This document shows, one piece after another, positions 32,293 to 42,068 of a stretch of 64,000 nucleotides of DNA (positions are counted from its first letter, which is position 1; the number at the start of each line of letters is the position of its first letter). Source of the stretch: Escherichia coli (GTDB lineage Bacteria > Pseudomonadota > Gammaproteobacteria > Enterobacterales > Enterobacteriaceae). The stretch lies in assembly GCF_003334385.1 (NCBI RefSeq), contig NZ_QOWN01000007.1, one strand, 5' to 3'. The translations under genes were made by a program, and so were the position numbers. Below the pieces are notes generated by a model. That model had not been told where the DNA came from, searched no databases, and saw nothing but the letters and a program-made list of their open reading frames with translations.

Positions 32293-34455
32293 TTATTTCG
32301 CATCCGACTTATATTCGTATTCGTAATAGCCATAATCCTGATACGCGCTGGCGCGGCGGAAGATGGAGTTCAGAATCACCCCTTTCACCGGAATACCGTT
32401 TTGCTCAAAGCGGCTCAGACTGGTTTCCACTTCTTTCAATGTGTTGACCGCATAACGCGCCACCATTAACGTGGTTCCGACATGACGACCAACAATTGCG
32501 GCATCGGTCACTGCCAGAATCGGCGGCGTATCAATCAACACCAGGTCATAGTTTTTACTCGCCCAGTTCACCAGTTCGGCAAAGCGTTCGCTCATCAACA
32601 GCTCAGAAGGATTTGGCGGCACCTGACCGCGCGGGATCAGGTCAAATTTGGCAATAGAGGTCGGTTTAGCAGCGGTAGTAATATCGCCCTGACCAATCAG
32701 AATTTCCGACAGACCATTGACGTTATTGGTGCCCAACAGCTCGTGGGTGTAGCCTTTGCGCATATCACAGTCGATCAACAACACCCGTTTATTGGTCTGG
32801 CTGATCACCGCCGCCAGGTTGGCGCAGACAAAGGTTTTACCAATTGACGGGCTAACCCCGGTCATCATCAACACATTGTTCTGCGCCTGCATCATCGCGA
32901 AGTGCAGACTGGTACGCAGACTACGGATGGCTTCAATCGCCAGATCGGTTGGATTCCCCACTGCCAGTAGCTGGCTCTGTTTATAGCGTTTAACCCCTTT
33001 GATGGTTTTGACGCTATCGCGCGCTTTCTGCCACTCCGACAGCGGGATGCTGGCATAGACGCTGATTCCGTGTTCTTCCAGCACTTGCGGGCTTTCGATG
33101 CCGCGATTAAACAACGAGCGCAGCAGCACACCCACGATAGAGAGCATCAGGCCAAGGATAATCGCGCCGAGGATAATCAGCCCTTTCTTCGGTTTTAGCA
33201 CGCCAGGCTGGGTGATTGCCGGGTCAACAATGCGCACATCGCCGACGGTGCTGGCTTCGGTGATTTTCAGCTCCTGCTCTTTATTCAGCAGTTGCATATA
33301 GACCTGCTGACCAGACTCGACATCGCGGGTCAGGCGCACAATCTCCTGCTGGGTTTTCGGCATCGCCGTTACGCGACCGTTAAGTTTGGCTTTCTCTTCT
33401 TCCAGCGCCTGACGTTTCTCCAGCAGCGTGCGGTACGCCGGGTGAACTTTGGTGTACAGCTTGGAGATTTCCGCCTCTTTAAAGGTCAGTTCGTTCAACT
33501 GCGCGTCAATGTTCACCATCGAATCGAGCACCGCTTTCGCTTCAAGCGGCAGATCAACAGAATCTTTATCCTGACGGAAGGCATTCAGTTTGTTTTCGGC
33601 AACATCGAGGCGGCTACGTACTTCCGGTAACTGTTGCGCGAGGAAAGCGAGGCTTTTCGACGCTTCCGCCGATTTGCGCTCAATATTTTGTTCCTGATAG
33701 TTACGGGCGATGCTGTTAAGAATGTCGCGGATCTGTTCGCGATCTTCACCGGTATAAGTCAGGCTCAGTACGCCTGCGTCTTTGCCGTTCTCCGTTACCG
33801 TCAGGCTGTTTTGCAGTTGGTTGATCATCCCCAACGTGGAGTATTTGGTGACGGTAAACTCACTGCCCGGGCGGGCGTGAATGGCTTCAACCATCAGCGT
33901 GACGCCTTCTTTTTTCAGCATCTGGCCCGCTTGCCCACGGGCGCTAAAGCCGCCATCACTGCTCAGGGTGTAGTTTTTATTGTCCAGCACATTAAGCGTA
34001 AACACCTGGTCCGCCATCTCTTTCGGGCGGTTAAAGGTGGTCACTTTCACCGTCTCGTTCTGACGTCCCATCAAACGATCCCAGCCCGCACCGAAAATCG
34101 GGAACGTGTTTTTGCTCACCGCAATATCGAGGTCTAGATCGTCCACCGTTTTACCAAGCACCAGACGCGAACGAATCAACTGGATCTCGGCGTCCGATGC
34201 AGGCGGTTTGTTGGCTAATGCCGAGCCGATATCCTGCACCAGCGAATTGCCGCTGCTTTGCTCGATTTGTACCAGTGCGTCGGCACTATAAATCGGCGTG
34301 GCGAAGAAGGTGTAAACCACGGCACAGAGGGCAAATACGGCGGTGATGCCAATCACCCACCAGCGCGCTTCAATGACGGTGCCGATCAGGCGACCAATAT
34401 CGATTTCATCACTGCCCGTTACCGGAGCGGCATGTTGTTTTACTTTTTCTGTCAT
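32293..34455 (-). CDS. wzc: Tyrosine autokinase / polysaccharide co-polymerase Wzc
   Basis: The track ORF extends to 34491. The recognised start MTEKVKQHAAPVTGSDEIDIGRL is at 34455 (720 aa). Walker A GVSPSIGKT. C-terminal tyrosine cluster YQDYGYYEYEYKSDAK. Confidence 0.96.
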   Translation of the reverse strand: MTEKVKQHAAPVTGSDEIDIGRLIGTVIEARWWVIGITAVFALCAVVYTFFATPIYSADALVQIEQSSGNSLVQDIGSALANKPPASDAEIQLIRSRLVLGKTVDDLDLDIAVSKNTFPIFGAGWDRLMGRQNETVKVTTFNRPKEMADQVFTLNVLDNKNYTLSSDGGFSARGQAGQMLKKEGVTLMVEAIHARPGSEFTVTKYSTLGMINQLQNSLTVTENGKDAGVLSLTYTGEDREQIRDILNSIARNYQEQNIERKSAEASKSLAFLAQQLPEVRSRLDVAENKLNAFRQDKDSVDLPLEAKAVLDSMVNIDAQLNELTFKEAEISKLYTKVHPAYRTLLEKRQALEEEKAKLNGRVTAMPKTQQEIVRLTRDVESGQQVYMQLLNKEQELKITEASTVGDVRIVDPAITQPGVLKPKKGLIILGAIILGLMLSIVGVLLRSLFNRGIESPQVLEEHGISVYASIPLSEWQKARDSVKTIKGVKRYKQSQLLAVGNPTDLAIEAIRSLRTSLHFAMMQAQNNVLMMTGVSPSIGKTFVCANLAAVISQTNKRVLLIDCDMRKGYTHELLGTNNVNGLSEILIGQGDITTAAKPTSIAKFDLIPRGQVPPNPSELLMSERFAELVNWASKNYDLVLIDTPPILAVTDAAIVGRHVGTTLMVARYAVNTLKEVETSLSRFEQNGIPVKGVILNSIFRRASAYQDYGYYEYEYKSDAK

Positions 34456-34457
34456 TC

Positions 34458-34901
34458 TTATACCTGCTCTGCGTTCAATGCCTGCGCCCACTGGCGGGCA
34501 GACCGTTCAAGTAATGTGTACACCGCTGCAAACGTTTCCCGGCTTTTGCGATACGGATCGGGGATTTCACATTCGTTATCCCAGTGACCAAACAGCATCA
34601 CTTTGCCGCGCATCTCAGGTGCCATCTCGCATAAGCGTTCGATATGGCGCTTTTCCATGGTCAAAATCAGGTCATAGTTGCGACACAGACGGCGGCTGAT
34701 TTGCCGTGCACAGTGACCTTCCAGAGACAGTTGATGTTCTGCGGCGACGCTGATAGCGGTAGGATCAGCGCCCTTACCGACCAGCGCGCCGAGTCCAGCG
34801 GACTCCACTTTCAGTTCCGGGTGATAACGTTGCAGTAAGCGTTCCGCCGTCGGGGAACGGCAAATATTGCCGACACAGACAACTAAGATGTTGTTAAACA
34901 T
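34458..34901 (-). CDS. wzb: Low-molecular-weight protein-tyrosine phosphatase Wzb
   Basis: 147 aa. CVGNICRS, the C-x5-R-S P-loop, at the N-terminus. Confidence 0.96.
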   Translation of the reverse strand: MFNNILVVCVGNICRSPTAERLLQRYHPELKVESAGLGALVGKGADPTAISVAAEHQLSLEGHCARQISRRLCRNYDLILTMEKRHIERLCEMAPEMRGKVMLFGHWDNECEIPDPYRKSRETFAAVYTLLERSARQWAQALNAEQV

Positions 34902-34906
34902 GACGA

Positions 34907-36046
34907 TTACCAGTTATGAATGTCGCTGGCTGTATCCGTCATGTAACGGACACCGCTAATAGTTGGCAGCAACTGATTGATCAGACGGTTCCAGCGGGAA
35001 ACCGGGGCGGTGGTGACATACACCACGTCATAAGGTTGCAGGCGGAATTCTGTCGCCATCACCAGCGACGTCGCATCGGACATATCCAGCTGGTAGATAT
35101 TGGCAATCTTGCCATTACGCCCGCCCTCGCCTTTCAGCGGACGAATGACAAAGATGCCGCTGGCGTTGGAGGTGGTCATGTCGATGCCTTCAGCATTACC
35201 CAGGGCTTCAGTCAGGGTCATGCCGCTAAAGTCCATTTTCAGGGTGCTCTGTTTCTTCACTTCACCCATCACAAATACTTTCAGATCATCATTACGCGGC
35301 ACGTAGAGAATATCGCCGGGATAAAGCAGTCGGTTCTGATTGAGGTCGCCGTTTTGCATCAGCGCCTGCAAAGAAATGCGTTCTTCACGACCATTGTGTG
35401 TTAGCACCACGTTGCGCCAGTCAGCGGTGTCGGTCAGGCCACCTGCGGCGTTGATGGCGTCGAGAATAGTCAGTGGTACGTTGGTGATCGCCTGTTGACC
35501 GGATTTATTCACCTGACCTGAGATATAGGCCTTTTGTGAGCGGAAGGCGGCGATATTAACGTCCACCTGCGGGTCAGCGATGTACGTCGCTAAGCGCCCG
35601 GTAATATCACTGCGGATTTCAGCGAGCGTTTTCCCGACTACGTGAACCTTGCCGATATACGGGTAGAACATGGTGCCGTCAGGCTGTACCCAGTTGCCGG
35701 TGTCACTGGAGCTGCGGTACTGACCGGCTGGCGTGGTGAGTTCCGGGTGATCCCAGACGGTGACATTAAGAACGTCCCCCGGCCCGACGCGATACTGGTA
35801 ATTCGCGATCTCGCTTTCCAGCGTCATATTGGGGCGCGCTACGTTGGGTCGTGGACGTAATTGGTCAATCAGGCGCGGGGTCAACGGATAAACATTCACC
35901 ATTTTGTCGAGATCGAAATCAGCGTCCTGCTGTTTGATGACGTCTTTGCCCATCGTCGACATATTGCTGCCCGGAAGTACTGTGCAACCGCTTATCAAGG
36001 TTACTGACACCAATAATGGCATCAATTTCATTTTGGATTTCATCAT
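34907..36046 (-). CDS. wza: Outer-membrane polysaccharide export lipoprotein Wza
   Basis: 379 aa. Signal peptide ending in the lipobox LISGC. Recognisable Wza sequence. Confidence 0.96.
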   Translation of the reverse strand: MMKSKMKLMPLLVSVTLISGCTVLPGSNMSTMGKDVIKQQDADFDLDKMVNVYPLTPRLIDQLRPRPNVARPNMTLESEIANYQYRVGPGDVLNVTVWDHPELTTPAGQYRSSSDTGNWVQPDGTMFYPYIGKVHVVGKTLAEIRSDITGRLATYIADPQVDVNIAAFRSQKAYISGQVNKSGQQAITNVPLTILDAINAAGGLTDTADWRNVVLTHNGREERISLQALMQNGDLNQNRLLYPGDILYVPRNDDLKVFVMGEVKKQSTLKMDFSGMTLTEALGNAEGIDMTTSNASGIFVIRPLKGEGGRNGKIANIYQLDMSDATSLVMATEFRLQPYDVVYVTTAPVSRWNRLINQLLPTISGVRYMTDTASDIHNW

Positions 36047-36224
36047 TGTTTATTTATCACTTTGGCAGAGTAATTATCCTGTGCACTATTAATAGCAATG
36101 TCGCCATGCACATTTACCTTGCAGTTAATTGAATACAAATTTAACTGGCATCAGTCCTAAAAAAATTGATTTCATCCGCAGGCTATTGACAGAATAATTC
36201 AGACTGGTCTTTCAGGCATCCAGA

Positions 36225-36263
36225 CACGCTACCGCCCCTGGCTTTTTAGCTACCAATACACTG
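36225..36263 (-). promoter_or_regulatory. JUMPstart/ops element in the wza (colanic acid operon) leader
   Basis: The minus strand reads CAGTGTATTGGTAGCTAAAAAGCCAGGGGCGGTAGCGTG. The ops core GGCGGTAGCGTG (36225-36236) is identical to the one at 11478-11489. It lies about 180-215 nt upstream of the wza ATG. Confidence 0.85.
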
Positions 36264-36449
36264 ATTTAGCTTAATTTTTCAAACCCTCTCTGCATACAAT
36301 CGTTGATGAGAAAGGGTTATTGCGGAAATTAACTTCCGAATATAAGGTGACATTATGGTAATTGAATATTGGCTCTCCAATAATGCAGGAGGAAGTGTTA
36401 CAGCTAACGGAATAGCAGGCAAGGTAACAATTCGGCAATTGGCTATTTT

Positions 36450-36465
36450 TAAGAATTATATTAAG
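36450..36465. promoter_or_regulatory. Candidate RcsAB box upstream of the colanic acid promoter
   Basis: TAAGAATTATATTAAG has one perfect TAAGAAT half-site of the RcsAB consensus (TaAGaatatTCctA, as I recall it). The second half is degenerate. It lies about 405-420 nt upstream of the wza ATG, upstream of the JUMPstart. Confidence 0.35.
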
Positions 36466-36704
36466 TGTCATTCAATATGGTTTTTAGGAGTTTCTTTAGG
36501 TTGACAATATTTAATATTGCGCCTCCACATGCGATATTTCTTAAATAATGTTTTATTATTACCACTTTTAATTCAGGGATAATGTGAGGTTATTACCCTC
36601 AAATAATATGAGATAAATAGTGCTGCAACATTGCATTTTTGCCCCGATTTATCCATGATCGAATTGTGACATTTGTCATACAACGAATAGGTTTTGTACT
36701 TACT

Positions 36705-38288
36705 ATGGAATGGATTGCCGATCCGTCTATCTGGGCCGGGTTAATCACGCTGATTGTGATCGAACTGGTCCTCGGCATTGATAACCTGGTCTTTATTGCC
36801 ATCCTCGCCGAAAAACTACCGCCGAAGCAGCGCGACCGCGCACGGGTTACCGGGCTGCTGCTGGCGATGTTAATGCGCCTGTTACTGCTGGCGTCAATCT
36901 CCTGGCTGGTCACCCTGACTCAACCGCTGTTCAGCTTCCGCTCGTTTACCTTTAGCGCCCGCGACTTAATCATGCTGTTTGGTGGTTTCTTCCTGTTGTT
37001 CAAAGCCACGATGGAGCTGAACGAACGGCTGGAAGGGAAAGACAGCAATAATCCCACACAACGCAAAGGTGCGAAGTTCTGGGGCGTGGTGACGCAAATT
37101 GTGGTACTGGACGCCATTTTCTCACTCGACTCAGTGATTACCGCCGTCGGGATGGTCGACCATTTACTGGTCATGATGGCCGCCGTGGTTATCGCTATCA
37201 GCCTGATGTTGATGGCCAGCAAGCCGTTAACGCAATTTGTTAACAGTCACCCGACGATCGTTATTCTCTGCTTAAGCTTCCTGTTGATGATTGGCTTTAG
37301 CCTGGTGGCAGAAGGTTTCGGCTTCGTCATTCCGAAAGGCTACCTGTACGCTGCCATTGGTTTCTCGGTGATGATCGAGGCGCTCAATCAGTTGGCTATC
37401 TTTAACCGGCGACGTTTTCTTTCCGCTAACCAGACACTGCGCCAGCGGACTACCGAAGCGGTAATGCGCCTGCTTAGCGGGCAAAAAGAAGATGCGGAAC
37501 TGGACGCCGAAACCGCGTCCATGCTGGTGGATCATGGTAACCAGCAGATCTTTAATCCGCAGGAACGGCGGATGATTGAGCGGGTACTTAATCTTAACCA
37601 GCGTACTGTCAGCAGCATTATGACGTCGCGCCACGATATTGAGCATATCGATCTCAACGCGCCGGAAGACGAGATCCGCCAGTTGCTGGAGCGAAATCAG
37701 CATACGCGGCTGGTGGTTACCGACGGTGATGACGCAGAAGATTTGCTCGGTGTTGTTCACGTTATCGACCTGCTACAACAGTCACTGCGTGGCGAACCGC
37801 TCAACCTGCGGGTGTTGATTCGCCAGCCGCTGGTGTTCCCGGAAACCTTGCCGTTGTTACCTGCCCTGGAGCAGTTCCGTAATGCCCGCACGCACTTTGC
37901 TTTTGTGGTGGATGAGTTTGGCTCGGTGGAAGGGATTGTGACATTAAGTGACGTCACTGAAACCATTGCCGGTAACTTACCGAACGAAGTGGAAGAGATC
38001 GACGCCCGCCATGATATTCAGAAGAATGCGGACGGTTCCTGGACGGCGAATGGTCATATGCCGCTGGAAGATCTAGTGCAATATGTGCCGCTGCCGCTGG
38101 ATGAAAAACGTGAATATCACACCATTGCCGGGCTGTTGATGGAATATTTACAGCGTATTCCAAAACCTGGCGAAGAAGTTCAGGTGGGGGATTATTTGCT
38201 TAAAACGTTGCAGGTGGAAAGCCATCGCGTGCAGAAGGTGCAGATTATTCCGCTGCATAAGGATGGCGAGTTGGAGTACGAGGTGTGA
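36705..38288 (+). CDS. yegH: Inner-membrane protein YegH (TerC-like membrane domain + CBS pair + CorC/HlyC C-terminal domain)
   Basis: The track ORF starts at 36639. The recognised start [40 protein letters not shown] is at 36705 (527 aa). Confidence 0.93.
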   Translation: MEWIADPSIWAGLITLIVIELVLGIDNLVFIAILAEKLPPKQRDRARVTGLLLAMLMRLLLLASISWLVTLTQPLFSFRSFTFSARDLIMLFGGFFLLFKATMELNERLEGKDSNNPTQRKGAKFWGVVTQIVVLDAIFSLDSVITAVGMVDHLLVMMAAVVIAISLMLMASKPLTQFVNSHPTIVILCLSFLLMIGFSLVAEGFGFVIPKGYLYAAIGFSVMIEALNQLAIFNRRRFLSANQTLRQRTTEAVMRLLSGQKEDAELDAETASMLVDHGNQQIFNPQERRMIERVLNLNQRTVSSIMTSRHDIEHIDLNAPEDEIRQLLERNQHTRLVVTDGDDAEDLLGVVHVIDLLQQSLRGEPLNLRVLIRQPLVFPETLPLLPALEQFRNARTHFAFVVDEFGSVEGIVTLSDVTETIAGNLPNEVEEIDARHDIQKNADGSWTANGHMPLEDLVQYVPLPLDEKREYHTIAGLLMEYLQRIPKPGEEVQVGDYLLKTLQVESHRVQKVQIIPLHKDGELEYEV

Positions 38289-38504
38289 TGGTATCGGTCA
38301 TTTTACCCGATAGCCGAAAGGAATAAGATGAGGGAACCGCGCCAGCGGCGATTTACCTCCGGGAGCCCGGGTTGCCAGGGGGGTGGCGATTGAGCCACCC
38401 TGGCACGTTCACCGGCTTGAGCGTTCCATAGTAGTGAGGAACATCAAGTGAACGGAACAGCCTTCGATCTTACATATTCAGAATATAATGGTGCCGCCGC
38501 GAAC

Positions 38505-38541
38505 GCCTGATGCGACGCTTTACGCGTCTTATCAGGCCTAC
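38505..38541. repeat. Single REP element downstream of asmA
   Basis: GCCTGATGCGACGCTTTACGCGTCTTATCAGGCCTAC. Confidence 0.85.
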
Positions 38542-38561
38542 AGGACAGGTCACCTGGTAAC

Positions 38562-40415
38562 CTACATCTTCTCCAGCAACTTCTTCACATCTTTGCCATT
38601 GCGGGAATCTTTATTCCGCTCGGCCCAGTCATTCAGGCGACGTTTCGCTTCGTCCTGTAGATGTTTGCGCAGTAACTGATCCACTTGCAGACTGTAATTG
38701 AGTTGCTGCCAGTTGCCATAAACCCGCAGCGGTACTGGCGTTTCTTTGAGGAAATCAATCAGTTTGCTTTCCCCGTTCCAGCCACCCACGACCCGAATAT
38801 CAAACTGGGTGTCGCAGGTTTGATCTGCCAGATTCAACATGCCTTCCCCTGTCAGCGCCAGCACAGGCGATTGACCTTGCATGTCGTTTAACGTCACGAC
38901 GCCATCCTTCAACGTCAAATCGGTGGTAAAGCGGTCAAGACGCGTTACGTTATCGAAGTTTTCAGCGGCCTTCACATCACCACCATTACGTTCTACCGCT
39001 TGCTGAATCATCTGCTGGAAGTTCATCCCTTCCATGCGCGTGTCGGTCATTTCGACATGTGCCTGTCCTTGCCAGTTGTGGCGGAATGCGTCGGCATCTA
39101 TGTCAGCACCGGAGAAATCACCAGCCAGTGACATTTTTCCGGTCAACGAAATCGGATAGTTAAACGCCTTCAGAATGGTACCAATCTCAACGTTTTCCAG
39201 CCGTGGCTGGAAGTTTATCCGCGGATTTACTGATGTCGCGTCCAGCGTGCCCGGCAGTGAAACCTGTCCACCGTTAAGTTTGCCCTGCAACTGGATAATC
39301 TCCAGCAAACCCGACTTGTTGGTCATTTGCGTGGCAACATCTGTAAAATTCATTCCGCGCCAGCGCACGTTACTGGCCTGCAACAAAATATCAGCCGTAA
39401 AGCCTTGCAGTCCCTGATATGCCGGTTCATCAATACGCGAAGAAATGACCGGGCGCGGCAATGTTGATTGGCTCTGCCCCTGCTGCGCGGCACCGTTTTC
39501 ACCATTCGCTGTTTCATTAAGCGGGATGAGGTTGTCAAGATTCAGTTGCGGGAATTGCAGTCTCAGCTGCCATTCAGGTTTCTCTGTCAGCGTGACCTGT
39601 GCTTGCCCGCTCAGCGTGCTGTCATTGGCGGTCAAGCTGATTTGGTTAAATGAAAGGCGTTTATGTGACTCCTGCCACTGGGCCTGGAAACTCCCCTGCC
39701 CCTGAATACCTTGTTTTGGTAAATCTGCACCCTGCAACTGCCAGTTAATTTGTTCAATAGCCGCCGTTAAATCATGCGGATAATCAGAAGCATCTACCGT
39801 ACCGTTAAGGGATATCGTGAGATCGCGCTGATCGCGATTAACCCGCCCGGAGAACTCAAATGAACCACGATGTTGGGGATCTTGTTCCATTTGCAGGCGA
39901 ATATTGCGGATTGTCACCTGCTCGTCATCTTCATGCTGGAACACCAGCACGCTGTCCGCCACCTTAAGACTGGATATATCAAACGACCATCCGCGATCGT
40001 CTGACAGATCCGGCAAGGTATTGTCGCGCGGTGCAACCGGAGCGTCTTCACTGCGCACCGCTTCCGTCTGCGGCGTCAGTTGAATCACTGCCCCTTTTAG
40101 CATCACCTGCTTAACGCTCAGTTGATGACTCAGTAGTGGTAAAAGCGCCACGTCCAGACGCATGTTGTCGGCGCGAACCAGTGGCTGGCTTGCGCCCTGG
40201 GCGGTGAGAGACATTCGCCCGGAGAGGATACTAAGCTGCGGCCAGACGTGCCAACGCAGTGGCCCGTCGAGCTGCAATTGATAACCGCTACGTGCAGCAA
40301 CTTGCTTGACCATATAGTCGCGGAAATCATTCGGATTCACCAGCAACACTAACGCAGATAACCCGGCCACCAGCACGACCAGGAGTATCATCAGCGTCGT
40401 CAGAAATCGTCTCAT
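38562..40415 (-). CDS. asmA: AsmA (outer-membrane assembly / lipid transport AsmA-like family)
   Basis: 617 aa. MRRFLTTLMILLVVLVAGLSALVLLVNPNDFRDYMVKQVAARSGYQLQLDG, an N-terminal anchor followed by a long beta-rich domain. Confidence 0.95.
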   Translation of the reverse strand: MRRFLTTLMILLVVLVAGLSALVLLVNPNDFRDYMVKQVAARSGYQLQLDGPLRWHVWPQLSILSGRMSLTAQGASQPLVRADNMRLDVALLPLLSHQLSVKQVMLKGAVIQLTPQTEAVRSEDAPVAPRDNTLPDLSDDRGWSFDISSLKVADSVLVFQHEDDEQVTIRNIRLQMEQDPQHRGSFEFSGRVNRDQRDLTISLNGTVDASDYPHDLTAAIEQINWQLQGADLPKQGIQGQGSFQAQWQESHKRLSFNQISLTANDSTLSGQAQVTLTEKPEWQLRLQFPQLNLDNLIPLNETANGENGAAQQGQSQSTLPRPVISSRIDEPAYQGLQGFTADILLQASNVRWRGMNFTDVATQMTNKSGLLEIIQLQGKLNGGQVSLPGTLDATSVNPRINFQPRLENVEIGTILKAFNYPISLTGKMSLAGDFSGADIDADAFRHNWQGQAHVEMTDTRMEGMNFQQMIQQAVERNGGDVKAAENFDNVTRLDRFTTDLTLKDGVVTLNDMQGQSPVLALTGEGMLNLADQTCDTQFDIRVVGGWNGESKLIDFLKETPVPLRVYGNWQQLNYSLQVDQLLRKHLQDEAKRRLNDWAERNKDSRNGKDVKKLLEKM

Positions 40416-40436
40416 GGTATCCTCAATGGGCCTGAA

Positions 40437-41018
40437 TTAGTCTTTATCGATTCGGCTGGCTACCGCGCCCTGCTGATTGCGATATTTCGCATCTTCACGG
40501 CGGTTGTAAGGTCGCGCCGCCGGGCCGGAAAGCGGCTCAAAGCTCAGCGCACCAATTAACATGCCCGGACGCAGCGCCAGCGGCAGCTTACCGGAGTTGT
40601 AGAACTCCAGCACAATGCAACCAGACCAGCCCGGATCGATACGGTGCGCGGTGACGTGCACCATCAGCCCCAGACGCGCCAGTGAGGAACGCCCGTCCAG
40701 CCAGCCCACCAGATCGGCTGGCAGCGTCACCGACTCCAGCGTCACCGCCAGCGCCAGCTCTCCTGGGTGAAGATAGAACGCCTCGCCCTCGTCGAGAACG
40801 ATCTCATCGCTCATCACGCGGTCAAGCGCGGCGCTCACTTCATCTTTGGGACCGCTCAGATCGATAAACGCTGCCGTGTGACCACGGAAGGTACGAAATT
40901 TATTGCCCAGGCGTACATCCACCGTCGCGCCGTTAATACGCTCCACTGGCGGACGTGGGTTGATCGACAAACGGCCTTCATCAAGCCAGGCTTCAATATC
41001 TCGGTCACACAGACGCAT
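40437..41018 (-). CDS. dcd: dCTP deaminase
   Basis: 193 aa. [23 protein letters not shown]... Confidence 0.97.
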
Positions 41019-41109
41019 GGCATTTTCTCCTTTCGCGCATCACTCCCTTAACGCCAATTACGTCAAGGGCATACCAGGTTATCACTGAACGGTACACAAT
41101 TTATCAAGC

Positions 41110-41751
41110 TTATTCAAAGAACTGACTTATTTTCGCTTTCAATATATCGATCGCGATGCGGTTTTTCCCGCCGCGCGGCACGATAATGTCCGCATATTGT
41201 TTAGAAGGCTCAATGAATTGCAGGAACATCGGGCGCACGGTTTTTTGATATTGCGCCATCACGGAATCCATTGAACGCCCACGCTCGTTAACGTCACGCT
41301 TGATGCGGCGCATCAGGCAGATATCCAGCGGGGTATCAACGAAAATGGAGAAGTTAAGTTCGTCACGCAAACGCGCATCCGTCAGCAACAAAATGCCTTC
41401 GAGAATGATGACCTTCTTCGGCTCAACCGTCACCGTTTCTTTCATACGCGTATGTTCAACATAGCTGTAAACCGGCAGGTCAATTGCCGAGCCGCGTTTC
41501 AACGCTTGTAAATGCTCAAGCAACAGGCTGTGATCCATCGCGCTGGGATGGTCGTAGTTGGTCTTAACGCGTTCTTCCATCGACAGATGGCTTTGATCTT
41601 TGTAATAGCAGTCTTCGGGAATTACGCCGATGTGTTCATCACCGACTTGCTCACGTAATTCACGATAAAGGGTACTGGCAATAAGACTCTTGCCGGAAGC
41701 CGATGCGCCAGCGATACCGATAATGACGCACTGATGAGACTGATCAGTCAT
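41110..41751 (-). CDS. udk: Uridine/cytidine kinase
   Basis: The track ORF extends to 41814. The recognised start [25 protein letters not shown] (P-loop) is at 41751 (213 aa). Confidence 0.95.
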
Positions 41752-42068
41752 ATATTTAGCGACCTGATTAACCTGGATGTTAGGAAGGGGGCGACGAAGC
41801 GCCAAACGCGGCAATTATAGGGATTTCATCCGTCTGATACCAGTCGAATAGCGTTGCCGCGCGCTCAGAGTTAATTGTTGACAAAGAATTCCCGGTGGCA
41901 AATTACGTTGATCAGTTTTATGTAAGGTAAAAAATGTTATACGCAGTTGCGCAAATTATCCGCCTTTACGTCACTTTATGAGCAATTCGCATATAAAATG
42001 TAAAACTTTTGTACTAGCATAAACACAGAAACGAATACTGGCGACCTGGTCTTGCGGATAAAGCGGTA

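Noticed and set aside
36271-36471. A 66-aa minus-strand ORF between the wza JUMPstart and yegH.
   Set aside because: It lies in AT-rich regulatory DNA and spans the candidate RcsAB box and the cps promoter region. It has no Shine-Dalgarno sequence or recognisable motif.
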